NCBI GenBank assembly: GCA_037147175.1
Contig: JBAWVS010000006.1
Span: 657-64,656 of the forward strand
Source of the DNA: a bacterium
GTDB taxonomy: Bacteria; Cyanobacteriota; Vampirovibrionia; Gastranaerophilales; UBA9971
DNA: 64,000 nt
Reading direction: 5' to 3'
Shown piece after piece: positions 9,063 through 19,282 of the stretch; within the stretch, counting starts at the first letter, position 1, and each line of letters starts with the position of its first letter. The notes beneath the pieces are model-generated. The model was not told where the DNA came from, ran no database searches, and saw nothing but the letters and a program-made list of their open reading frames with translations. The translations under genes were made by a program, and so were the position numbers.

Positions 9063-9236
9063 TTATTTTTTTAATTTACCTGCTTTATAGTTTTGGCTGG
9101 AGCTATGTTAACACGAAGTTTTTCAGGTCTTATTATCCACATGTTTATATATTTAGAACTAATAGAAGCCGGTATTTTATTTTTTAAAAAAATTTACTCA
9201 AAAAATCAATAAATTATAATAATAGTGGTAAAATTT

Positions 9237-9271
9237 TAGAAGCTGTCTTGTTAAAATCAAAACCGGCTTGT
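9237..9271 (+). repeat. 35-nt conserved intergenic motif, copy B (TAGAAGCTGTCTTGTTAAAATCAAAACCGGCTTGT)
   Basis: 32/35 identical to copy C (minus strand, 25829-25863). Lies 70 nt upstream of the ATG at 9341. Embedded in possible hairpins: CTTGTTAAAA 9247-9256 with TTTTAACAAG 9290-9299. Confidence 0.8.
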
Positions 9272-9340
9272 ATATCTTGATTTTTATATTTTTAACAAGA
9301 TCGGCTCTTAAATAATATTATTAATTTACGGAGTGTTTAA

Positions 9341-10600
9341 ATGAATTTACCAAACTCGACAACATCTGAGTTACTGGGCAAAAACAATGAAAAAGCCCGT
9401 AAAGCAGCTGAAAAAATCATAAATAATGCAGATATTGAAGCCTGGCAATGCTTAATGGAAAATACAGATGTCTTTTTTAGTTATATAAAAGAAAAAGCCG
9501 GACATATGCTAATTCAAGCAATAAATAAAGATAATCTGGAAAACGTATTTAAACTTTTTAACAAACACGAAGGCGACTGGGATGATTACATAGCAGAGGG
9601 TTTAAGCAAATTTTCATCACCTTCCCTGAATTATAAATTGATTGAAATTCTTAAAACAGGCACTGTTGAAGAACAAACTTATGCAGCAAGATATTTTTGC
9701 CATGTGAATGAGCCTGAAGCAGCAGAAGCTTTATTTGAGTCCTCCAAAAAGTATTATTTGCCCCTTAGAAACAACTCGGCTGAAGCTTTAGGAAATATAG
9801 AACATAAAGAATCTTATGAATTTTATATAAATACTCTTAAGTCAGATGACGAATGGGAAAAGATTGAAGCTGCCCAATTTCTTGCAAACTACGGTAACAG
9901 GGACGCTACAACTGCTATACTGGAAGCTATGTCCAATTCAGGGATGGCAGAACTTATTGCCGGCGAAATTGCCATGTTGACAGACATACACACGTTATTT
10001 AAGGAAAAAGACGAAAAAACAAGATTATTAGCACTTGAAGCACTTGATAATATAATTTCCGGAGTTCCCGAAATATGGCCTATGGGCGTTATTCTGGATT
10101 TTAAAATATTTGAATGCATTGAAAGCCTAATAAATCTGGCTAATAAAGATTCGGAAGATTCTCTTGCAGGCAAATATGCCCAGCTTTTAATTAAAACGAG
10201 ACAAAAATTTTCAATGTTCATAGAAAATTCGCAATATACTTATGATGAAGAAAAAGATATTCTTGCCGAACTTGATGAAATTTATCATTTATTAATTTAC
10301 GAAGAAGAAAATTTTTGGGATAAACAAATTCATAATCTTTATAAAGAGCTTGATACGGATGATACAAAGAGAAAACTGTCAGCTTTATCAGTGATTAATG
10401 AGCTTGAACTTGAAGAAAGTGCGCCTTACTTAATAAGGATAGCTTTAAAACCTGATGAAAACGAATTAGTTGTTTGTGAAGCTATTTCTGCTCTTGCAAA
10501 AATAGGTAAAACCTCACAAATTGACAAACACAGCCTTTTATCAAGAATAAAAGACCCTAATTTACAAGCTTTTGTAAATGATAAACTTGCAAAGGTATAA
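9341..10600 (+). CDS. HEAT-repeat (PBS-lyase HEAT-like) protein, function unknown
   Basis: Repeated helical units of the type A..AL(G/A)..g....L...L.D..W (RNNSAEALGNIEHKESYEFYINTLKSDDEWEKIEAAQFLANYG). Confidence 0.55.
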   Translation: MNLPNSTTSELLGKNNEKARKAAEKIINNADIEAWQCLMENTDVFFSYIKEKAGHMLIQAINKDNLENVFKLFNKHEGDWDDYIAEGLSKFSSPSLNYKLIEILKTGTVEEQTYAARYFCHVNEPEAAEALFESSKKYYLPLRNNSAEALGNIEHKESYEFYINTLKSDDEWEKIEAAQFLANYGNRDATTAILEAMSNSGMAELIAGEIAMLTDIHTLFKEKDEKTRLLALEALDNIISGVPEIWPMGVILDFKIFECIESLINLANKDSEDSLAGKYAQLLIKTRQKFSMFIENSQYTYDEEKDILAELDEIYHLLIYEEENFWDKQIHNLYKELDTDDTKRKLSALSVINELELEESAPYLIRIALKPDENELVVCEAISALAKIGKTSQIDKHSLLSRIKDPNLQAFVNDKLAKV

Positions 10601-10644
10601 ATATAAAAAGATTCAAAGATATTATTTATAAAAACACTTTATTT

Positions 10645-10676
10645 AAAGAGACTTGTCTGAATCGACAAGTCTCTTT
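10645..10676 (+). terminator. Hairpin terminator downstream of the HEAT-repeat gene
   Basis: 13-bp perfect stem AAAGAGACTTGTC / GACAAGTCTCTTT with a 6-nt loop. The T-tract is short. Confidence 0.6.
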
Positions 10677-11081
10677 AAACTTATAATACTGGATATTTAG
10701 CATTAAATTACAAGATAATGCTTATTTTATTGGAATAAATAACAATTATAACACATGTATATTGATTATTTATTGATTAAACACCGAATGAAAATCTATA
10801 TAGCGTTAATTTGTAAAAGCTAAGGACTACAAATTGTTTTTTGAAAAATAGATTTGTTACAGAATGTTAAGCATTTCCATGCAGTCTTTATTGTTATAAA
10901 AACAATTATAGGTTTTTTGCCTTTTGTAATAAGGGATATTCAATTTTTATAATTCACAGAAGACCTCTTTTTGTATATAAAAACAAAACTACTATTTTTC
11001 TTGTGTGGCAAGGTTTTTACCTTTTTTTGAACAAACCTGTTTTGAACTTGACAGTTCTTTATCACCAAATTTAATAGTTAA

Positions 11082-11999
11082 ATGCAAGGTTACAAAAAAG
11101 AGAGTTCAAAAAATATGATAAGTCGAAAGAGTATATCTTTAGCAATAACTTTAACGTTTTTAACAGTATTTTTAACAGGCTATTCTTATTCTGTAGCGAC
11201 AAGCACAACCCAAACAACAAAAGATAAAGGTAATTTAGCAGTTTATCATTCCAATGAAGATGATAATCCTGTCGGTAATTTTATTAAAGCAAGATATGTT
11301 TTCAATAAAGAGAAAAAAGGTGAATATACACCTGTTTCTGTTTATATCGGAGAAAACGAAGTATTAAGAATTACCAAACCTGCAGGCGGATTGTCTACAG
11401 AAAAAAGAGCTAAAATAGTTACAGAAAACATCAACAGCATTATTAAAAACGGTGAAAACCCTGAAAACATAGTCCCTGATTTCAAAAGCGGTTCCGGCAT
11501 TATAAGAATCAATGACAGAGTATTGTTTACTGTAGATTCAAATATTGCAAAAGAATATGGAATGACATCATCCGAGCTTGCTTTTATTTGGGTCAACAAT
11601 ATGAGAGATTCTCTTGGTGTTGCAAGGATTGTAAGAGATTTTCAATTACTTACAAGTTCATTAAAGAAAACTCCTGTAAATTTTGTTCAAAGATACGGTG
11701 ATTATATGCAGACAGGCTTTGCTTCCTGGTATGGCGGAAGATTTCACGGAAGATCTGCGGCAGATGGCAGTATTTTTAACAAAAACAAATTTACGGCAGC
11801 ACATAAAAGTCTTCCTTTTGGAACTGTAGTTCAAGTAACAAACTTGTATAACGGCAAAAAATGTATTGTAAAAATTACAGACAGAGGTCCGTTTGTCAGA
11901 GGCAGAATTATCGACCTTTCAAAAGTAGCTGCTAACGAGATAGGGATGCTTTCTTCAGGTGTATCAAGAGTTAAAGTTGAAGTTTTAGGCAAAGTATAA
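11082..11999 (+). CDS. rlpA: RlpA-like septal lytic transglycosylase (DPBB domain) with an N-terminal signal/anchor
   Basis: C-terminal double-psi beta-barrel signature: ASWYGGRFHGRSAADGSIFNKNKFTAAHKSLPFGTVVQVTNL..GKKCIVKITDRGPF. An alternative start at 11115 (MISRKS) is possible. Confidence 0.8.
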   Translation: MQGYKKESSKNMISRKSISLAITLTFLTVFLTGYSYSVATSTTQTTKDKGNLAVYHSNEDDNPVGNFIKARYVFNKEKKGEYTPVSVYIGENEVLRITKPAGGLSTEKRAKIVTENINSIIKNGENPENIVPDFKSGSGIIRINDRVLFTVDSNIAKEYGMTSSELAFIWVNNMRDSLGVARIVRDFQLLTSSLKKTPVNFVQRYGDYMQTGFASWYGGRFHGRSAADGSIFNKNKFTAAHKSLPFGTVVQVTNLYNGKKCIVKITDRGPFVRGRIIDLSKVAANEIGMLSSGVSRVKVEVLGKV

Positions 12000-12027
12000 C
12001 TAAATCAATAAATATAATTTTTTAGAT

Positions 12028-12062
12028 AAACTTCGGATTAATATTCCGAAGTTTATTTTTTT
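12028..12062 (+). terminator. Intrinsic terminator after the rlpA-like gene
   Basis: AAACTTCGGA / TCCGAAGTTT stem with a 7-nt loop, followed by ATTTTTTT. Confidence 0.8.
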
Positions 12063-12127
12063 AATATGATTACCAGAACTTTTTAGATATAATGTAACTA
12101 ATTGAATTTCAGGAAAAGGATTAAAAT

Positions 12128-13204
12128 TTGGCTATTATATCAGAAGGCGAAGACACCCCAAAGACTGATGTAAATAATAAAAAAATTTCTTCAAGAGAAG
12201 CCGTACTGCCGGCTGAAAATGAATTTGACAAAAATTTTGAGAATAATATAAGACCTAAAACTCTTGATGAATACATAGGTCAAACACAACTTAAGGAAAC
12301 CCTTAAGATCAGTACTGAAGCTGCTAAAAAAAGAAATGAACCGCTTGACCATTTACTTTTTTACGGTCCTCCGGGGCTTGGAAAAACAACTTTATCCGCT
12401 GTAATTGCTAATGAAATGAATTCAAAGATAAAAACAACTTCCGCGCCTGCTCTTGAAAGACCCAGAGATTTAATAGGCATCCTGATGAGCTTAAAGCCTA
12501 ATGAATTTCTTTTCATAGACGAAATTCACAGGCTTAACAAAATTGCCGAGGAAATACTTTATCCTGCAATGGAAGATTTTTCCATTGACAGAACTATAGG
12601 AAAAGGTCATACAGCAAAAACTTTAAGAGTTCCCGTTCCCAAATTTACACTTATTGGCGCAACTACAAAAGCCGGTTCTCTTTCAGGTCCACTGAGAGAC
12701 AGATTTGGTATTGTTCACAGGCTTGAATTTTATACAAAAAACGAATTAACCCTTATTGTAAAAAGAACAGCAGGGATTTTGAAAGCAAAAATAACTGAAG
12801 ATGGAGCATATACTATTGCTTCTCGTTCAAGAGGAACACCAAGAATTGCTAACAGAATGCTGAAAAGAATCAGAGACTATGCACAGGTCAAAGCTGACGG
12901 CATTATCACGCCTGAAGTTGCTAATGATGCAATGGATCTACTAAAAGTAGACAAATTTGGTCTTGATTTTACTGACAGAGAACTCTTAAAGCTTCTTATA
13001 GAAAAATATGACGGCGGTCCTGTAGGAATAGAAACAATTGCTGCTGCTCTTGGCGAAGACGCAAGAACCATAGAGGATGTTTATGAGCCGTATTTGTTGC
13101 AGGAAGGTTTTATTTTAAGAACACCGAGAGGAAGAAAAGCTTCTCCAGAGGCGTATAGGCATCTTGGGTATCCTATTTCTTCCATTCAGAAAGGTTTATT
13201 TTAG
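12128..13204 (+). CDS. ruvB: Holliday junction branch-migration helicase RuvB
   Basis: Walker [18 protein letters not shown], a sensor region and the RuvB C-terminal winged helix. TTG start with an AAAGGA RBS. Confidence 0.95.
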   Translation: MAIISEGEDTPKTDVNNKKISSREAVLPAENEFDKNFENNIRPKTLDEYIGQTQLKETLKISTEAAKKRNEPLDHLLFYGPPGLGKTTLSAVIANEMNSKIKTTSAPALERPRDLIGILMSLKPNEFLFIDEIHRLNKIAEEILYPAMEDFSIDRTIGKGHTAKTLRVPVPKFTLIGATTKAGSLSGPLRDRFGIVHRLEFYTKNELTLIVKRTAGILKAKITEDGAYTIASRSRGTPRIANRMLKRIRDYAQVKADGIITPEVANDAMDLLKVDKFGLDFTDRELLKLLIEKYDGGPVGIETIAAALGEDARTIEDVYEPYLLQEGFILRTPRGRKASPEAYRHLGYPISSIQKGLF

Positions 13205-13212
13205 GATTTTTA

Positions 13213-14409
13213 ATGATGAAATTTTTTAATTTTAACAAGTTTAACCTGTACAAAATAATTTTAAGTTGTTTCTGCCTTTTTTACTTAGCCATGCCGGTAT
13301 TAGCACAGGATGACACTCAAAACACACCTCCTGACACTAAGGTTAGCTATGTAAGCGGTAAAGTTTTGCAAATTCTTTCGGAAAAAAACAATAAAGAACT
13401 TGAAGATTCTTTTCATACCGACCAGATTGTTCAAACTGCCAAAGTTCTTGTTTTAAAAGGAAAATATAAGGGTAAAATTGTAAATATCGAAAACCAGCTT
13501 ACTTCAAGCCCTATTTATGATATCAAAATAGAAGCAGGAAACAGAGTTATTTTAAGCGTGGAAGAATCGCATAAAGGGGTTGATTTTTATATTGCGGATC
13601 TGGAAAGAATTCCTGTTTTATTGATACTTACAGGTGTATTCTTGTTTCTTCTTCTGATAATAGGAGGAATACAGGGGTTAAGATCGATATTTTCCATTTT
13701 AGTAACAGCCGCTCTGGTATTTTTTGTTTTGGTTCCGGCTGTTTTAAACAACTTTCCGATAATACCAACAACAGTACTTATAGCAATAATTTCTACGTTT
13801 GCAACAATGTTTATTGTATCGGGAGTCAATTTAAAAAGCCTTTCTGCATCAATTGGTACTATTTTAAGCGTGATAATAGCAGGCTTAATGTCTTCTCTGG
13901 TAATAAAATTCGCTCCGCTAAACGGCTTTGGGAGTCAGGAATCAGTAATGTTGTGGACAAACAGGCCTGATTTAGACTATACAGGGCTCTTAACCGCTGG
14001 AATGATCATTGCTTCTCTTGGTGCAGTAATGGATGTCGGCATGTCGATAGCCAGCAGCATACATGAATTTAAAAATTTAAATAACAAACTTAAAACAAAA
14101 GATTTGTTCAGATCGGGTTTAAACGTCGGAAAAGACATCATGGGGGCTATGTCCAACACTTTGATTCTCGCATACATAGGAGGCGCATTCTCGCTTGTCC
14201 TATTGGCCTCAAATGCACCATTGATAAAATTACTTAATTTGAATTCGATTGCCGCCGAGATAGCCTCTGCAATAACAGGAAGTATAGGAATAGTACTTTG
14301 TGTTCCTATTACTGCATTAATTGCCGCTTATTTAATCGGGAAAAAGACAGATAAAACAAAAGAAATTACAGTAAATTCAGAAAAACAGGAAACAGAAGCG
14401 CCTGTTTAA
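13213..14409 (+). CDS. YibE/F-family integral membrane protein
   Basis: Signal sequence, a soluble N-terminal domain and about 7 TM helices. The overall pattern resembles YibE/F, from recollection only. Confidence 0.55.
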   Translation: MMKFFNFNKFNLYKIILSCFCLFYLAMPVLAQDDTQNTPPDTKVSYVSGKVLQILSEKNNKELEDSFHTDQIVQTAKVLVLKGKYKGKIVNIENQLTSSPIYDIKIEAGNRVILSVEESHKGVDFYIADLERIPVLLILTGVFLFLLLIIGGIQGLRSIFSILVTAALVFFVLVPAVLNNFPIIPTTVLIAIISTFATMFIVSGVNLKSLSASIGTILSVIIAGLMSSLVIKFAPLNGFGSQESVMLWTNRPDLDYTGLLTAGMIIASLGAVMDVGMSIASSIHEFKNLNNKLKTKDLFRSGLNVGKDIMGAMSNTLILAYIGGAFSLVLLASNAPLIKLLNLNSIAAEIASAITGSIGIVLCVPITALIAAYLIGKKTDKTKEITVNSEKQETEAPV

Positions 14410-15713
14410 AGAAATTCCCCGAAAGTTTTATCCTTCTCAACTCTTGTAATTTTGACTTTAATGATTTTATTTTTAAATTCATCAGATCCTTCAATCAAAA
14501 CAGGAATATAATTGTCAGTCATTCCCTTTAACAGACCTGTTTCTCTATCTCTTGCCAGCTCAATAAGCACTTCAAGCTCTTTTGCGATAAAACTTTCTCT
14601 AAATGCCAGATTTTTTGCGTTTGCAATTTCTGTTAATTTTTTATTTCTCACTTTTTTTATGTTTTCCGGCACCTGATTTTCCATTAAACCAGCAGGTGTC
14701 CCTTTTCTTTTCGAATAAGAAAATACATGAATATAGCTAATAGGTAATTTTTTCAGGTTTTCATAAGTATTTTCAAACTGCTCATGTGTTTCTCCGGGGA
14801 ATCCGACAATAATATCACTTCCTATTGCTATATTCGGGATATTTTTATTTAGTTTATTTATTAAGTCACTGTAATATTCGACATTGTAGCGTCTTTTCAT
14901 CGCTTTTAATATTTCATTGTTCCCGCTTTGAAGAGAAATATGCAAATGACGACAGAATTTTCCTGAATTTGTAATTATATCTAAAAGCTCCTCTGTAAAT
15001 TCCATCGGATCAATTGAGCTTAGTCTAAATCTTTTCAAGCTTTCTATCTTTTCAATCTCTTTAATTATATCTGCAAGCTGCTTTTTAGGATTTAAATCCA
15101 AGCCCCACTGCCCCAGATGGATACCTGAAAGCACTAATTCCTGAAATCCCTGCTTTGTTATTTCATTAACTTGATTAATTATATTATGCGGCTCGTTGCT
15201 TCTGCTTTTTCCCCTTGCATAAGGTACTATGCAGTAAGAACACCTGAAATTGCACCCGTCCTGTAATTTAATATTTGCTCTGGTTCTACCTAAAGCCGAA
15301 AAAACCACTTTATCCTGAAATATGTTTTTTTGCATAATATCAGAAACATAAATTTTATTTTCTTGTTCAAAAATTTCGCCATTCGTGATTAATTCTGCTA
15401 TTTCAAGCTTTTCTGTGTTTCCCAAAACCAAATCAACATCTTCAAGCTGAACAGCTTCTTCCGGTGAAACTTGCGTGTAGCAGCCGCAAAGAATTATTTT
15501 GGCATCCGTATTTGTTTTTCTGGCTTTTCTTGCGTAATATCTAGATTCATTATCACTTTTGCCCGTAACAGTGCAGGTATTAATTACATAGATATCGGCA
15601 AGCTCATTGAATTTAACAACTTGCCAGCCAAGAGCAGTAAATTTATCGGAGATTATTGAAGATTCGAGTTGATTTGCCCGACATCCCAGCGTGTGAATTG
15701 CAACTTTTTTCAT
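14406..15713 (-). CDS. mtaB: Radical-SAM methylthiotransferase, MtaB-like (tRNA t6A37 methylthiotransferase)
   Basis: UPF0004 N-terminal domain (HTLGCRANQLES), radical-SAM CNFRCSYCIVP motif and a C-terminal TRAM-like domain. Confidence 0.75.
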   Translation of the reverse strand: MKKVAIHTLGCRANQLESSIISDKFTALGWQVVKFNELADIYVINTCTVTGKSDNESRYYARKARKTNTDAKIILCGCYTQVSPEEAVQLEDVDLVLGNTEKLEIAELITNGEIFEQENKIYVSDIMQKNIFQDKVVFSALGRTRANIKLQDGCNFRCSYCIVPYARGKSRSNEPHNIINQVNEITKQGFQELVLSGIHLGQWGLDLNPKKQLADIIKEIEKIESLKRFRLSSIDPMEFTEELLDIITNSGKFCRHLHISLQSGNNEILKAMKRRYNVEYYSDLINKLNKNIPNIAIGSDIIVGFPGETHEQFENTYENLKKLPISYIHVFSYSKRKGTPAGLMENQVPENIKKVRNKKLTEIANAKNLAFRESFIAKELEVLIELARDRETGLLKGMTDNYIPVLIEGSDEFKNKIIKVKITRVEKDKTFGEFL

Positions 15714-15747
15714 AATTTTATTTTACCTGAAAAATTTTTAAGCTTCT

Positions 15748-15782
15748 CAAAAGAAAAAGCCTTTTTAAATTAAAAAGGCTTT
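15748..15782 (-). terminator. Intrinsic terminator after the nif3-coaBC-gmk-tyrA-ruvA gene string
   Basis: 12-bp stem AAAGCCTTTTTA / TAAAAAGGCTTT (15756-15782), followed on the minus strand by TTCTTTTG. Confidence 0.7.
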
Positions 15783-15844
15783 GGCAAATACGGCATTCAA
15801 AATTTTCTGACGCATTTGACAAACTAAAGTTCCAAAATTTTTAT

Positions 15845-16609
15845 TTATAAAATTTCCCATGGCGAATTTTCTTCTGCAATAATTATTTCTAAACCAAATT
15901 CATCCAAAATTTCTTTTAAAACAGGCAAAATAATTCTTTCTGTTTCAAAATGTCCCGCATCGATTACAACAAAATCATTTGACTCCAAAGCATTGTGATA
16001 TTTGACATCTCCGGTTATAAAAACATCAATGTTTTTTAACTTCGGTACAAAGCTTGCTCCTCCGCCCGGAACTACCGCTATTTTTTTAATTTTTGTTTTA
16101 TTGGAATAATTTGTAAGCCTAATTTTACTGATTTGCAGGATTTCTTTGAGCTCTTTTATAAACAAGTCAAGCTCTTTTGCTTCTTGTAATTCTCCAATCC
16201 TTCCAAGTTGATAATCTTCCAGATCTTTCTCAAGAGATGTAATATTTTTCAAGCTCAGTAGCTCTGCCAGTTTATCTGCAATCCCACCTTTAGTGGAATC
16301 TAGATTTGTATGTGCTGAATAAACCTGAATATTATACTGTATAGCTTTTATTACAGGCAAAAATGCACTATTTTCGGTGGAAAGTTTATTTACTTTCTCA
16401 AAAAGTAAAGGATGATGAGAAATTATTAAATCACAATCGTTTTTTATTGCCTGATTTAAGACATCTAAGGTGCAAGTTAATGCAAGAAGAACCTTCTTTA
16501 CTGAATTATTGCCAAGATAAATCTGCCATCCCGAATTATCCCAATCACTTGCAAGCTCTGGCGGGGCAAAATTTTCTATTTTTTTTATTATTTTTTTTAA
16601 ATTTTCCAT
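15845..16609 (-). CDS. Nif3-like dinuclear metal-centre protein (YbgI/YqfO family)
   Basis: WDNSG(W)Q, ISHHPL and HTNLD motifs typical of NIF3. Confidence 0.85.
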   Translation of the reverse strand: MENLKKIIKKIENFAPPELASDWDNSGWQIYLGNNSVKKVLLALTCTLDVLNQAIKNDCDLIISHHPLLFEKVNKLSTENSAFLPVIKAIQYNIQVYSAHTNLDSTKGGIADKLAELLSLKNITSLEKDLEDYQLGRIGELQEAKELDLFIKELKEILQISKIRLTNYSNKTKIKKIAVVPGGGASFVPKLKNIDVFITGDVKYHNALESNDFVVIDAGHFETERIILPVLKEILDEFGLEIIIAEENSPWEIL

Positions 16610-16611
16610 TT

Positions 16612-17793
16612 TTATTTAAAAATTTCCCTTAAAATAATTTTTGCCAGTTCTTTTTTAGTGGTTTTATCAATTTTAATCTCGTTCATAGATTTATTTATAA
16701 CGGTAACTGCATTATAATCGCTGTCAAAGCCTATTTCTTTATTAGAAATATCATTTGCTACAATAAAATCAAGGTTTTTATTAGTAATTTTCTTTTTGGC
16801 ATTTTCGATTAAGTCCTGACTTTCCGCACAAAAGCCTACCAGTAATTGATTAGCTTTTTTTATTTTTGAAATTTCCACTAAAATGTCGGGATTTTTAACT
16901 AATTCAATGGTTATACTTTCTGATTCGCCTTTTTTTATTTTATGATTAAACGCATTATTAACCCTGAAGTCAGCCACAGCAGCAGCCATAATTAAAGCAT
17001 CCGCGTGAATAAATTTATCTTTAACAGCTTCAAGCATTTCTATAGCAGTAGAAATAGAAATAATTTCGTAAGGTTTTGCGGTTTTTACGGTAGAAATAAG
17101 TGTAACATCTGCCCCAAAAGAATAAGCAGCATCTGCTAAAGCTATTCCCATTTTTCCCGAGCTTTTATTTCCGATGTATCTTACAGGGTCAATAGGCTCT
17201 TTTGTTCCACCTGCTGTAATTATTATCTTCTTACCCTTCAAAAAGCTTTCTGTACTGAATATTTCTAAAACTTTTTCCAGAATGTTATCAACTTCCGCAA
17301 GCCTTCCGACCCCTTCATAACCGCAGGCTAATTCTCCTGTTTCAGGTGTAATAACATAATATCCTGCTTTTTCAAGCTTTAAGACATTTTCCTGAACAAA
17401 TGAATTTTTCCACATGTTACAATTCATAGCAGGTGCGACAACAACAGGATTTTTAAAAGCTGCAACCAATGATGTGAGAAGATTATCGCATATTCCGTTT
17501 GCAATTTTGCCAACAGTATTTGCGGAAGCCGGCACGATTAAAAACAAATCAGCGCTGTCAGCGAGGCTTATATGTTCCGGCTTCCATTCGGCAACATCAA
17601 ATTGTTCGCAATAGACAGGGTTTCTTGTGAGAGTCTTCAAAGTGGTTTCTGTCACAAATTCTCTGGCAGCAGGCGTTATTACAGCCTTTACATCCGCATT
17701 AAGCTTTATCAACTTTCTTATTAATTCACAGGTTTTATAAGCTGCTATACCGCCTGTTATACCCAATAAAATCTTTTTTCCCGAAAGCGTCAT
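16612..17793 (-). CDS. coaBC: Bifunctional phosphopantothenoylcysteine decarboxylase / phosphopantothenate-cysteine ligase
   Basis: N-terminal flavoprotein domain (GITGGIAAYK, PAMN..M) and a C-terminal CoaB domain (ITAGGT.EPIDPVR.I.N.SSGKMG). Confidence 0.95.
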   Translation of the reverse strand: MTLSGKKILLGITGGIAAYKTCELIRKLIKLNADVKAVITPAAREFVTETTLKTLTRNPVYCEQFDVAEWKPEHISLADSADLFLIVPASANTVGKIANGICDNLLTSLVAAFKNPVVVAPAMNCNMWKNSFVQENVLKLEKAGYYVITPETGELACGYEGVGRLAEVDNILEKVLEIFSTESFLKGKKIIITAGGTKEPIDPVRYIGNKSSGKMGIALADAAYSFGADVTLISTVKTAKPYEIISISTAIEMLEAVKDKFIHADALIMAAAVADFRVNNAFNHKIKKGESESITIELVKNPDILVEISKIKKANQLLVGFCAESQDLIENAKKKITNKNLDFIVANDISNKEIGFDSDYNAVTVINKSMNEIKIDKTTKKELAKIILREIFK

Positions 17794-18377
17794 TGATTTT
17801 TCACCTTATTAATTTCTTTCAAAATAATAGTTTCTAAATTATTAAAAGCTATATCAAGGTTATCATTTACAACTGTATAATTAAATTTCTTTTTTTGCTC
17901 CAGTTCACTCTTTACTATTGATAAGCGTTTTTGTATTTCTTCATCTGATTCCGTTCTTCTTTTAAAAAGCCTTGATTGCAATTCTTCAAAACATGGCGGT
18001 TCAATAAATATCAATATAGCATCTTCCAGCTTATTTTTTACCTGAAATGCGCCCTGTACATCAATTTCAAGAATTATATTCTGACCTTCTTCAAGTTTTT
18101 TTTCAACAAATTTTTTGTTTGTTCCGTAAAAATTCCCTGAAAATTCTGCCCATTCAAGAAATTCTCCTGCTTCTATCTTGTTTTTAAAATCTTCCTTCGT
18201 TAAAAATAAATAATGGACACCATTAATTTCACCCGGGCGAGGACTTCTGGTCGTGGCAGATACTGAAATTTTTATTTCCGGTGTGTTTTCACGAAGCATT
18301 TTTACAAGAGTGCCTTTGCCAACGCCTGATGGCCCTGAAATTACAAACAAAGTGCCTTTTTTTAAAGAATTCGTCAT
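17790..18377 (-). CDS. gmk: Guanylate kinase
   Basis: P-loop GPSGVGKGT, TTR.PR.GE..G..Y.F. Confidence 0.95.
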   Translation of the reverse strand: MTNSLKKGTLFVISGPSGVGKGTLVKMLRENTPEIKISVSATTRSPRPGEINGVHYLFLTKEDFKNKIEAGEFLEWAEFSGNFYGTNKKFVEKKLEEGQNIILEIDVQGAFQVKNKLEDAILIFIEPPCFEELQSRLFKRRTESDEEIQKRLSIVKSELEQKKKFNYTVVNDNLDIAFNNLETIILKEINKVKNQ

Positions 18378-18400
18378 TATATTTTCCTAATAATACTGTG

Positions 18401-19276
18401 TTATAAGATATTCTTTCCTTCGAAAGAATACATTTGCTTTCTTTGAAAAGCAATTTTTTCAATAATTTTCTCATAATTATCTTCGTTTTCAACAAGTTCT
18501 TTTTCTAATTCTTCAAGACAATTTTTAAATTCCTTGACAATATCCAGCACGTTTGCTTTATTTTGGATCAGCATGTCCTTGGAAAGTTCAGGGTTTGCAG
18601 AAGCAAGTCGGGTCATATCCCTGAATCCGCTTGCTGCAAGAATCATTGCAAGCTTAGAAACATCTTTATCGGAATAGTTTTCTACCATTCTAAATAATGC
18701 CTGACTTAACAACAAAGGGGTATGGCTTATTAGGGCAACTGCTTTATCGTGTTGATCAGGATCAGCAATTACAATTTTGGCACCCAGTTTTTCTATTACA
18801 GAACTAATATTTGCTAAATCTTGTTGATTTGACCATTTTGACGGAGTTAAAACCCACTTTGCGCCTTCAAAAACCGTTTCAAAAGATGATTCAAGCCCTT
18901 TATTTTCAGTTCCTGCCATAGGATGACCACCTATAAACCTAACAGGAGTTTGACTTGTATTGACCGAATCAAGTATATTTCCTTTAAGGCTGGCAACATC
19001 CGTAATTATTGTTTCAGGTTTTACCCTTGAACTTAAATAATTTATTGTCTCGATAGTTTTATTAATAGGCGTACAAACAAAAATTAAATCGGCTTTGCAA
19101 GCCAAATCAAGATTTATAGAGCCTTCATCAATGATTTTTTCTGCAAGAGCCTGCACTATCGTTTCATTTCTTCGTGCAATGCCTGATAATTTAAACCCTT
19201 TACCTCTAAGCCCTTTTAATACTGAGCCGCCAATTAACCCCAATCCCACTACTGCTATGGTTTTAACTTCTGACAT
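18401..19276 (-). CDS. tyrA: Prephenate/arogenate dehydrogenase
   Basis: Rossmann motif VVGLGLIGGS, GGHPMAG, and the catalytic region HD...A..SH.P. Confidence 0.85.
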   Translation of the reverse strand: MSEVKTIAVVGLGLIGGSVLKGLRGKGFKLSGIARRNETIVQALAEKIIDEGSINLDLACKADLIFVCTPINKTIETINYLSSRVKPETIITDVASLKGNILDSVNTSQTPVRFIGGHPMAGTENKGLESSFETVFEGAKWVLTPSKWSNQQDLANISSVIEKLGAKIVIADPDQHDKAVALISHTPLLLSQALFRMVENYSDKDVSKLAMILAASGFRDMTRLASANPELSKDMLIQNKANVLDIVKEFKNCLEELEKELVENEDNYEKIIEKIAFQRKQMYSFEGKNIL

Positions 19277-19282
19277 AAGAAC

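Noticed and set aside
8560-9090. 176-aa ORF antisense to mlaE, and similar antisense ORFs listed throughout the track.
   Set aside because: These are the opposite strands of well-supported genes. They have no motifs or RBS. Such shadow ORFs are typical of a compact genome.
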